This document shows, one piece after another, positions 1-13,152 of a stretch of DNA of 64,000 nt. Source of the stretch: Ministeria vibrans ATCC 50519 (lineage: Eukaryota; Protista; Filasterea); the NCBI GenBank assembly GCA_943704425.1, contig CALSCP010000313.1:170713-234712 (forward strand). Reading direction: 5' to 3'. The first letter of the stretch is position 1. Every line of letters begins with the position of its first letter. A program made the position numbers and the translations under genes. Below the pieces are notes generated by a model, which was given only the letters and a program-made list of their open reading frames with translations, searched no databases and had not been told where the DNA came from.

Positions 1-116
1 TAGTTTTTTTTTCATATTCTTTTAAATATGGGTCGGCTCGATTGTTCAACACCCTGTCCTCATCTCATTCACCGTAAAATCGAGATCACTAAACTTTCAT
101 TCTTTGATAATATTAT

Positions 117-1893
117 TCATTTCTTGGGCATTATGTCGGCGGCATTGAGAGATTTGATAAAAATGGCGTCGGCGGGATGACTACAAGAGGAGTGCCCAAG
201 AGAGTCAATCACAAAGCCCAACGCAAAATTTCTCTCTGAGCGCTTACTCCTTTTGACCCTGCTCAAACGCATAACTGGAAGCAATGGCAAGTTTTGAGGC
301 ATCTGCGTTGAATGACATCGACGCAATGCTCGTGGGGTATGGACCAGCAGACATGAGTCGTTTCTTAGCAGCAGGATCCCAAAAGTAAATGAAACCGTCG
401 CCTCCACCTGCACAAGGAAACAAACAAGGGGGCGATCGAGTGGGTGAATACATCATCGAGAGAATCACAACACACAGTTCGAGACCAGTCGCAAATGTGC
501 CAAGGGAGTTGTAAGCCATCGAGTGAACGGGGTGCACGACCTCCTTGCCCTCTTCGTTGCGCTGTCGGTGGCACTTGAACGCATACTGGCCGTAGAAAAG
601 ATCAAGAGAACAAATGAGGACAAAGCGTGGTTTGTTTGTTAAAAGTTGTGCAGTACAGTGGCAGTACCTTCTTTGCCTGTGCCTCGGGAGCCGGGTCAAG
701 GTACTCAATGGCAACGCGCCCTTCAATACTACTGACGGCGTACATGTTACCGCGCGACGCCACTTGTCGTGTCTGTGCTTATCACACGCAGAACAAACAA
801 AAAGAGTGGAGCACATGGTTATCAATGGATGTAGAGGGATCAGTTTTGTACCTGGTACTTGAGAGACGATTCTCTGCGTTGAATGACATGCTGCATGTAG
901 CGCAGATCCCAGATCCAGACGTGGCGCGCGGCTGTCGCCACAATGACTGTGCGGTCGTCCGCCAGCGACAATGCGTACACCTTGTCGGGCTGCTCGTGAA
1001 TGCTCTGTGCTGTTCCATTGTTTGCTCGTGGATCCCACAGCCGTAGTTGTTTGTCCCATCCACCTAATTGGAAAGGAGAAGTGTGAGTGAGAGAAAGGGA
1101 GAGAAGAAAAACTGCACCGGAGATGACAATCTGAGAAGAGCTCCATGCAACGCATTTTGCCGAGCTGTCGTGTCGACCGACTGCAGTCGATGCATTCTTT
1201 TCTAAATCCCATCTAATTCATGGAAACAGAAGAACGACAAGGAATGGAGTCAAGACATGCATAACAAGGAGTGTGTCCGTGCGCTCATGTCCACTGCACC
1301 TGTTGATGCTCCCATCCAGTCCTGCAGCGAACGCCGTGGCGTCCCCTCCAAAACACGTGTCTAATACCGCAGTGCCATTGTCGCACTGTGTTTTCAACTG
1401 GTGTCCCTCGCGACCGACGTCATACAGTCGCACAGTCTGCAAGAGAAGGAGAATTAGTGTCAGAGGACAGTTTTTTGAAACACTTGAGACTGAATGGAAG
1501 GACGAAGGGAAAAGAGAGGTTGCACGGTGGAAAGGAAACGCGTGTCGAATACTGCTGCAGGGCATCCCGTGGCGAGACAAGGCGACATTTTCGAGGAGAA
1601 GCAGAGTGTTTCGCGCGTTGAAAAATTTGAAACAATCACTGCTCTGACAACAACTCGGCAAGGAAGCAATGGTAGTTCTTGTGAGTGCAAAGGGGAGCAA
1701 CAGCAACAGAGGCAGATACAGAGAGAGAGGTAGAGAGAGAGCGAGGGTGCGTGTGGGCGGAGAGGGACATGCGAGACGTTGACACCTTGTCCCACGACCC
1801 AGCCAGCAACAAGTTGGGGTCCGTTGCTGAAAACTGGACGCGTGAAATTCCATCCTTGGGCGGAGAATCGAGTTCGATATCAGGTGTTGTCAT
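117..1893 (-). CDS. BUB3: Mitotic checkpoint WD40 protein BUB3 (multi-exon)
   Basis: Spliced peptides MTTPDIELDSPPKDGISRVQFS..LLAGSWDK|TVRLYDV, GWDKQLRLWDP, YAFKCHR, GTFATG|GGDGFIYFWDPAAKKRL, YPTSIASMSFNADASKLAIASSY match the BUB3/Rae1 family, closer to BUB3; GT-AG introns. Confidence 0.9.
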
Positions 1894-2074
1894 GGTCACA
1901 ATACGAAAGAGAACGAAAAAAAATTGTATTTTGTAACTGTCTGTCATAAATCGAAAGTGTTTTGTAGGTTGCGACTTTTTACGTTTTGATTCATTCGTCA
2001 ATGCTTAATTGCTTATTCATTATTGCTCATTTTTATTACAGCACTGCAATCTCAATCTTAATCGACTATCGAAC

Positions 2075-4015
<1,941 letters not shown>

Positions 4016-4085
4016 AAGGAGTGAATAATGTACACTATATAAAAAAAGATTCGAGCAACGCAGTGGGAAAAAACGAGAAGGACAC

Positions 4086-6019
4086 TCAGAGATACTGCAG
4101 CTCAATCTCCTCTGTGTGTGCGTCTCCTCTGCGTCCCTGCTCCTCCCCTTCGTCGTCGTCTTCGGTGCTTCGTAACAGAGTGTGTCCATTGCGGGTTTTG
4201 TGAGGTGCGTTCTCGACTGAGCCGCCGCCACCGCTCTTTGAGCGATGTGCTTTGCTAAAGCGTGATCGGGTTCCCATCAGATACACGCAGCCGAACACAA
4301 GCAATGCGCTCACTTGCGTCGCCAAAGACGCAATCATGAGTGTTTGCGGACCAGAAGAAGCCATGGACTGGAAAATAACAATCGAATGAGTGAGTGAGAG
4401 ACAGTGCGAGTGATGAGACAAACCTTTCCAACGAGAAGAGGCATAATCATCTCGCCAAAGGCAGCGCCCACCACAAAGACACTGGCAGCCTTGCCAGTCA
4501 CATTGATAAACTGCTCACTCATGTGGACTGCGCTCGGGAACACACTCGCCATGGACAGACCCAGGATGACGGTACCGCCCCACAGTACTGCTGGCGTGTC
4601 CCTACCCCACACAGTCAGGAGCGTCAACGCAGACACTGTTCCCGTCAGGTCCATTGCGACCAGCTTGTCCGGTCCAACTTTGAAGTAGGCCAGTACAATA
4701 GCAAGGCCGCGCCCGATTGTAAAAGGCCCCCAAAATGCGCTTACAAGCTACAGTGGAAGACAAGAGCATAACGTCAATGTTCTCGTTCGCACACCACCAT
4801 CTCTCACTTATCAAACGCACACACACATACATACACACACGCACGCGCATATACCACACACATACATACAGACACACACTCTGTCTCTGTCTCTCTGTCT
4901 GTCACTGTGTTTCTTTAGTCGTTCTCCCTTCTCTCTCGATCTCTTTGTCTATCTTGTTACATAGGCAGCCTTGGCGGCGGAAAATTGAACCTCAGACTGA
5001 ACTGAGAATTCATAGATAAATCCTCCGTACGCAACCTCAATGCCAACGTAGGCCATGAAGAAGAGCGCAAGCAGCAGGAGAAACGACACGAGGAATATCT
5101 TCTGTTTTTTCGTGTCGCGCGGATCGCTACTGGTGCTGTGTTCATCTTCGGGGGGCGCTTGATGGCGCGAGAGTGCACGGATTTCGTCGCGACGACCGCA
5201 GAATTGCTGGAGATAGAACCATGTTGCCCAAATGGCCGCAAGAAGTCCGGGAATCATTCCAATCCAATAGGCAATACGGATGCGTTCGGCATGGATGTAC
5301 TCGGGCGTTGTGCCGTTCACGCCGGGCGTAAAGTCCACCGGCACAAAGAAGGGCTGCGCAATGAGAGGTGCGACAAAGGCTCCCAGACCGAAACTGAAGT
5401 GGAGTGTTTGCATGTAGGGGCCGCAATCGAAGCCCCAGATGCGTAGCAAAAGCACGTTGCCGCCCGTGTCCAAAAAGCCCATACCCCAACCTAAGCAGAC
5501 ACAGTCAAGTCAATACGCGATCCATCAACGTAATTTCCTCTCTGCATCGCTGTGACCTTGTAAAACTACGGTGCAGCTCAACAAGGCAATGGAAGGACAC
5601 AGAGGCGCGAGGAACTGGCCAATCACAGTCACCGACAGTGTGACAGCAAGCATGAGGAGAGCGTCAAAGCGCTCGAAGATCCATCCGCTCACAACAGACC
5701 CGACAAGGTAGCCACAAGAGCGCGCCGTGAAGATGTACGCGAGATTCCCAATGCTCTCGTTGAGCAGGGCTGCAAGAGATCGCTGCGACGGTCCGAGCAT
5801 GGCCAGAACAAGGCCCAGGCCGAAGAAGGCCAGGCTAAGACAGACGGTGAGCGAGCGACGCAGGCTGACGGAGACATCGCCTGGACGCATCGCATGCGCC
5901 TTTGCCATGTCATCCGCTTTCGCCTCATCCAGCGTTAAATCGCCGTTCGTTTCCCCGTCACTGGCGTCATCAGAGGCAAGCAGCACAGCCGCATCGGAGT
6001 CGGAGTCGAGCCGCTCCAT
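4086..6019 (-). CDS. MFS transporter, MFSD4/NaGLT1-like (multi-exon)
   Basis: Multiple TM segments; FFGLGLVLAMLGPS, GFLDTGGNVLLLRIWG, PYMQTLHFSFGLGAFVAPL, YVGIEVAYGGFI, GAAFGEMIMPLLVG. Confidence 0.85.
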
Positions 6020-6321
6020 CGGTAAGAAAAATAAATGAGTTGGAACAAATGACAAAATAATCAAAATAAATGAAAAGTCAAGTTTCTCAAGTGAAGAAGA
6101 AATAATACACCGAAGAGCAATACAATGCTTCCACCAATATAGGTCAACTCCATTTTTTACCCCAAGAAGAGGAAACGCCCATAGAGTGACGCCCATTGAC
6201 CCACAAATAGAAATAGGCCAGAGAGCGAACGAAATAACTTCTCAAAGATTAAAAAAAAATTATTCAAAATAGACATCAATCTTATTCCCGTGCTTTCGTG
6301 ACGCAGTTATTGTCTACGCCT

Positions 6322-9300
6322 ATGGAGCGGGGGGTTGTGAGCTGTTGGATTTTTCTGTTTGTGGCATTCTGTGGTACCTGAGAAGTTTGTGGTTTTTTTA
6401 ACTGCGCTGTTTCGATTGACCGTTGGCTCCCTTGCTCCCATTCAGGGCTGGTCCCCACTTGGGCCATCTCAGTTCACTCGAGCGGGTCAACGCTGATCGG
6501 AACAGACGGCGGGAAGTCGCTGTCGCTTGCTATTGATGTGTCATCGAACGCCAACCGCATTCTGCTCGTTGGCGTCTCTATTGCGCAGGGCAGCGACGAG
6601 GTGGTGCAGAACATGACGCTGGGTGGCCAATCGTGTGTGTTTCACGGCAAAGCGGAGCACGACAAGGCGCTCGTTGAAATATGGTCGTTTGTTGGACCTT
6701 CTATTGGTGTACAGACGCTTTCGGTGCAGGTGAGCGCCAGCACACACAAAGGGGTGGTGGTGGGCGCAGTTGAGATGGCGGGTGTCGACCAAGCGTCGCC
6801 TGTTGGGACGCCGCTGTACGAGGACGATGGGCCGGACGCGTCAACACAAATCCAGGCGACAGCCAGCCTGGCCGGCGAAATGCTCTTCTCGGCAGTGACG
6901 TTCGCCAAAAGCGAAAACCTGGCATTGACTCCTGGCAGCGGCATGACGGAGCTGTGGGAACGGTACACGGCTGACTCGGAAGCAAATGGCGCGGGGGGCT
7001 GGCAGAATGGCGCGCCATCAGCGATAGTCAGGTGGACGAGCAATGTAAGCGACAAGCATGCGATGGCAGCGGTGCGTGTACTGCCATCGACGAGCTCCAG
7101 CACATGTTCGAGCACGCCGTGTGCCAATGGCGCAACGTGTGTCGAAGGCGCTAGTAGCTTCACTTGTGTGTGTGCTGCCGGATATGCTGACACATTCTGC
7201 GAGAAAAACATTGACGAGTGCGAGTCGAGTCCGTGCCAGAACAGCGGTGTCTGCGCTGATGCTGTCAACGGCTTTTCTTGCGCCTGCGCCGCTGGATTCG
7301 CCGGCACTCTCTGCGAGAACAACGTTGACGAGTGTGCGTCGAGTCCGTGCCNNNNNNNNGTCGAGTCCGTGCCAAAACAGCGGAGTCTGCACTGACGCTG
7401 TCGACGGCTTTTCATGCGCCTGCGCCGCTGGATTCACCGGCATTTTGTGCGAGAACAACATTGACGAGTNNNNNNNNNNNNNNNNNNNNNNNNNNNNNNN
7501 NNNNNNNNNNNNNNNNNNNNNNNNNNNNNNNNNNNNNNNNNNNNNNNNNNNNNNNNNNNNNNNNNTGTGTCGAGTCCGTGCCAAAACAGTGGAGTCTGCA
7601 CTGACGCTGTCGACGGCTTTTCATGCGCCTGCGCCGCTGGATTCACCGGCATTTTGTGCGAGAACAACATTGACGAGTGTGTGTCCAGTCCGTGTCAGAA
7701 CAGCGGAGTCTGCACTGACGGCGTGAACGGATTCACATGTGCTTGCGAAGCTGGCTGGTTTGGCATTGATTGCTCAAGTGATAGGGATGAGTGTGCGTCG
7801 AGTCCGTGCCAGAACAGCGGAGTCTGCGCTGACGCTGTCAACGGCTTTTCATGCGCCTGCGCCGCTGGATTCACCGGCATTTTGTGCGAGAACAACATTG
7901 ACGAGTGTGTGTCGAGTCCGTGCCAAAACACCGGAGTCTGCACTGACGCTGTCGACGGCTTTTCATGCGCCTGCGCCGCTGGATTCACCGGCATTTTGTG
8001 CGAGAACAACATTGACGAGTGTGCGTCGAGTCCGTGTCAGAACGGCGGAGTCTGCACTGACGGCGTGAATGGGTTTTCATGCGCCTGCGCCGCTGGATTC
8101 ACCGGCACTTTGTGCGAGAACAACATTGACGAGTGTGCCTCGAGTCCGTGCCAAAACAGTGGAGTCTGCACTGACGCTGTCGACGGCTTTTCATGCGCCT
8201 GCGCCGCTGGATTCACCGGCATTTTGTGCGAGAACAACATTGACGAGTGTGCCTCGAGTCCGTGCCAAAACAGTGGAGTCTGCACTGACGCTGTCAACGG
8301 CTTTTCATGCGCCTGCGCCGCTGGATTCACCGGCATTTTGTGCGAGAACAACATTGACGAGTGTGTGTCGAGTCCGTGTCAGAACGGCGGAGTCTGCACT
8401 GACGGCGTGAATGGGTTTTCATGCGCCTGCGCCGCTGGATTCACCGGCACTCTGTGCGAGAACAACATTGACGAGTGTGCATCGTCGCCCTGCCAAAACG
8501 CTGGCTCGTGTTCCGACGCTGTCGACATGTATACTTGTTCTTGTGCATACGGCTTTGTCGGCAACTTCTGCGAGAATACTGGCTTTGTGCTCACCTCCGC
8601 AGGCGGTTCTTTTACGTTTGGCGCCATGACAATCGTTGCACCGCTCAACGCCGTCCTCACAGACGTCACTCTGTTTGTGGGTACCATTGCTGCTGCTTCA
8701 GCGCCTGCGGCACCCATCTCCGCTGTTGCTGTCCAGTCAACCACTTACTACTACAAAGTGCCTGCCCTGGGCACGACCGACTTTTTAAAGGACATTGTGT
8801 TGCACGTGGAAACATCAAGTGGCACCGCACCCCCAAGTGACGCTGAGGTGTACATTGCATCCCCCGTCGTTACTCCAGGGCCGTGGGTTGCGACTCGGCA
8901 AGAGTCTAGTCGACGACGTGTGCTGGCGTGCACCACGGCCACCAGTGTGTGCGGTCTTGCAGCTGTGCCCTCTGCGCAGGTGGGTGTTTTTGCTGTGGAT
9001 GAGTGTACTTCGTCGCCTTGCTCTGGAAGCGCCACATGTGTCGACGAGCTCAATCAGTTCTCTTGCACTTGCCCCATTGGCATGACCGGCGCTCAGTGCG
9101 AGCTTGAGATTAACGAGTGCTCCAGCAGCCCTTGCATGAATGGCGCTACCTGTACCGACTCTCTCGGCAGTTTTTCATGCACGTGTTCTTCTGGATTTTC
9201 TGGCTCTCTTTGCGAAAACAATGTCGACGAGTGCGCCTCCACTCCCTGTCAAAATGGCGCTGTCTGCTCGGACGGGACCAGCAGTTTTTCGTGCGCCTGC

Positions 9301-12300
9301 TCGACTGGATTTGCTGGCACCCTCTGCGAGAACAACGTCGACGAGTGTGCGTCCGCTCCCTGTCAAAATGGCGGTACTTGCACTGATGTGACTGCGGGAT
9401 TCTTTTGCACATGTGTATCGGGTGTTACGGGCCCGGTGTGTGATGTTGGGTCACCAGTGACGTTGGGCTCGGGCGCTGCGAGCAGCTCAATCGCGCCGAT
9501 TGTTGCGGGAATTGTGGCTGCAGTGCTACTCGTTGTGCTGCTGGTGTTTGTCTTGTTGCGTCGTCGCAGCCGGTGGAACACAGAGAAGCTGGATGTGCGA
9601 AGCGACGAATTGGAAATGGCGCGTCAGTCATCGACTGTCCCTTTCCTCGTGGGTCACAGTTCCGAGTGTCAGTTGGTGAACGGTACTGACACGGTCCACA
9701 TGTCTGAGTTGGCTAATCTTGGACTGATGCGTCGCTACGACGACGCTGACTATGCCTTCCCGGTGGCGTTTGCGCGGGTTCAACCGCAGATTCAGGCACT
9801 GTACGATGACTTACAGGACACGCGCCGCGAGCCGCTTGAGATCACATATGCGAGCATTACGGTGAAGCGCGACGGAGTGTGGAAGACGCACACCGTCGAC
9901 GGCGAGCTTGTGGAGGCGAGTGTGTTGCGACCGGACGCGCGCGGTGTGTGGCGCTCGGAACACGGCGATGCGGTATACGATTCGATTTGGTCAGACGCCA
10001 TGGGCCAGCCTGTGTGTGCCGAAGAGGTCGTGCTTGACCGCGACCGTGGCGTGTACAAGACACGCGATGGCGAGACTGTCTTTGCCGATCTGGTCTTGTA
10101 CGATCAGGTGCGACACGAGCACGTGTGTGACAATGGACGACGTCTAATTTGCAGTCGCGACGGCAAGTGGCGCACCGAAGCCGACGAAGTGGTGTACGCC
10201 AATGGCAACTCACGTCTGGTGCGCGGCACGGACGGCTGCTACCGCGACGCTGATGGCAACGTTGTGTACGGCAATCGACCGCAGCTGATTCGGTCAGAGG
10301 CGGACAACAAATGGCACACTCCTCTCGGCGAAGTCATCGACTGTGCCGCGCCAAAGCAGCATCGCGATGGAACATGGCGCGACGCCGCTGGCGCTGTGGT
10401 GTACGGCAACCGCTTGCACTTGTTGTCGCGAGGCAACAATGAGTATGTGTCGGCGGATGGTAAACCAGTGTACGCCAATGGGCAGGGCCTGGTGCGTGTG
10501 AACGCAGCCGGCGTGTACACCTGTGGCAACGATGTCATCTACGCAAACACAAGCGGACGAGCCGCGTCGAACGATCCGGCCATGTACGCAAACGGCGCTG
10601 GTGGCGTCGGAAGCGAGTACGGCATGTTGGGAGGCTCGGCCGTGTACGCCAATGGTGTGGGGCAGGCAGACGATCAGTACGCCATGATGGATCCGCGCAC
10701 TCAAGCAACGTATGCGAATGGTGTGGGACAGGCAGGTGATGACTATGCCATGATGGACCCGCGCACTCAAGCAACGTATGCGAATGGTGTGGGACAGGCA
10801 GGTGGCGAGTACGCCATGATGGACCCGCGCACTCAAGCAACGTATGCGAATGGTGTGGGACAGGCAGGTGGTGAGTACGCCATGATGGACCCGCGCACTC
10901 AAGCAACGTATGCGAATGGTGTGGGACAGGCAGGTGGTGAGTATGCCATGATGGACGCGCGTTCGCGTCCAACCTACGCCAACACCGAGGGACAGGCAGA
11001 CGAAGAGTATGCCATGATTGCGCCTCAGAGTCACCCGTCGTATGCCAACTCGGAAGCGGTTGCGGTGGACGCCATGTACTCGTTCCTCGACAAGGCTGTG
11101 CCAAACTATGCTAACGAGCAGACGCAGCCGCAAGGTACGGTGCAGCGACCTGACGATGTGTTATACAGCACGCTGACGGATGCGCGTCGCGTCTACGAGT
11201 CTCGCAAGGCACCTGCACCAGCGTATGCGAACAATAACGCGGGAGCGAACAATGGCGATGTGTTGCAGCGTCGACCAAGCATGTATCGATCGGCTGCCGA
11301 AGAGAGCGACTACATGACGCTGTCGGCGGTTCTGGGCGAACGACGTGTCCTGGATGCGTCTCGGGCGCCCGTTGTCGCGAGCAAAGCCGTCGAGAACGAG
11401 ACAGTGGTAGCGGACGACGGCACACGCGAGCTGGGCGATGACTACACCGATTTTGCGTGTGTGCACAAGGACAAGACGCGTCACGCGGACCTGTACAAGA
11501 CGGTTCGACGCCGCCAGCCGACGCGCAAGCTTGACGACGACGAGATGGGCGGCACGGGCGGCTCGTCACGCGCCAACCCACACAGCACGCAGATTGAGGC
11601 ACTCATGGACAAGGCAACGCCGCGCGAGTGGATTACCTTTGTTGATCTGCTGGCCGAGTCGGAGTTTGGAAAGGTATACTATATGCTCATATGTGTCGAA
11701 TGGCGGTGCGACGTTGTCTAAAGAAAATATGAATCATACTATAATTAATCCTTAATTCGTTAATTATTTGTACAGGTGTTTTTGGCGGTGAGGAGTGAAC
11801 CAAACAAGAGTGGCGAGCAGACGCGGAAGCTGGTCGCAGTGAAGACACTGAGTGGGGACGAGAGCAACAGCAAGCAGATTGAGTTTCTGCAGGAAGCGAT
11901 GCTGCTGCGGCAGTTTGACCATCCCAATGTACTTGGGCTGCAGGGCATGTGCCTGGACGGCGCGCCCTGGCTCATGGTTGTCGAGCACTGTCCACACGGC
12001 GATCTGCGCTCCTTTTGCCGTGCGCTTGTCGTGGCCCGCAGCATTGTAACGTTTGCTGACCAGCTGCACATGTCCTACCAGGTTGCGTCCGCCATGGAGT
12101 ACCTGTCGCAGCGAGGCTTTGTGCACCGCGACCTGGCTGCACGCAACATCCAAGTGGGCAACCGCATGGTGCTCAAGGTGGCCGACTTCACGCTGGCGCG
12201 CAAAACGCTCACCAAGGATGAGCAGGCGCACGCCCGCATGCCCGTCCGTTGGATGGCCCCCGAGTCACTTCTCTTCCGTCGCTTCTCCAGTCGCTCCGAC

Positions 12301-12776
12301 GTCTGGTCTTTTGGTGTGCTCATGTGGGAGATTATGACTTTTGGTGCGCACCGCCCGTACAGCGGCATCAAGGCAGCTGACTTGGTCCACCTGCTGCGCG
12401 ACGGACGCCGTCTTCAGTGTCCCGCAGGCTGTCCCGAAGACCTTTATCTCGTCATGCTTATGTGCTGGAGTCAGGTAAATAATAAAAATTATAATGATAA
12501 TAATAATAATAAGTATAATAATAATAATATTAATAATTATTATTATTATTATTATTATTATTATTGCTGCTGTTAGAAGCGAAGTACAATGATTGTTTGT
12601 TATTCTCACCTTTCATTTTTCATGCCACTACATCTTAGGCGACGCCCGACCGTCCATCGTTTGGCGAGTTGTCGACGCTGTTGAAGCAAACGCGTGACGC
12701 TGCCATTGAGCAGACGGGTAAGGGCCTGCAGGATCTACCACGTCTGCTCGAGGAGGCCATCGCCGGCACTGAGTGA
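6322..12776 (+). CDS. Receptor tyrosine kinase (possible pseudokinase): signal peptide, N-terminal beta-rich domain, EGF repeats, ZU5-like insert, EGF repeats, TM, Tyr-motif repeat tail, TK domain
   Basis: Exons 6322-6373, 6446-11673 (broken by N gaps), 11776-12474, 12639-12776. Signal peptide [24 protein letters not shown]; [27 protein letters not shown]; TK motifs [36 protein letters not shown]. Confidence 0.9.
7100..8580 (+). repeat. Tandem array of near-identical 114-bp calcium-binding EGF repeats (at least 12; copy number uncertain)
   Basis: Repeated [33 protein letters not shown]; N gaps at 7352-7359 and 7470-7565 lie inside the array. Confidence 0.95.
10645..11020 (+). repeat. 66-bp coding tandem repeat (22 aa [22 protein letters not shown]), about 5 copies
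   Basis: Direct repeats tatgcgaatggtgtgggacaggcaggtg..gccatgatggacccgcgcactcaagcaacg. Confidence 0.95.
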
Positions 12777-13152
12777 TCGATCATCAATAATAGTACATTT
12801 CCTTTACCATTTTTCTTTAACAGAAATCACCATGACAGTGTGACCTTCAAATTTATAAATGACTCATTTTTGTGTTTTGTGGGATGGGGAGAATATTAGC
12901 ACGGCGCACAACACTTGAGTGAGTTGTGTTACATGAGTGAATTGTAAGAAAATAAGTAGAGAATGGGAAAAGTCAAAAGCTCACCCAAGCCTCAAGGGGA
13001 TGAAACGTATTATTATTATAGAATATGAGGATTGAGGGACTTGTATTTTTGACTCCATTCTCTCAACATTATTCATTAAGAATAGTGTCTGTCTCACAGT
13101 AGTCGAATAAATCAGGTTCAACTTCAAGAACTTTTTTTTTCACGTAAATACT

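Noticed and set aside
7332-7570. Frame breaks in the RTK ectodomain suggesting a pseudogene or two genes
   Set aside because: Both breaks are at N gaps of arbitrary length in the EGF array.
6322-12776. Calling the EGF-rich receptor Notch, Delta or EGFR
   Set aside because: No LNR, ankyrin, DSL, L or furin-like domains; only generic cbEGF repeats plus a TK domain.
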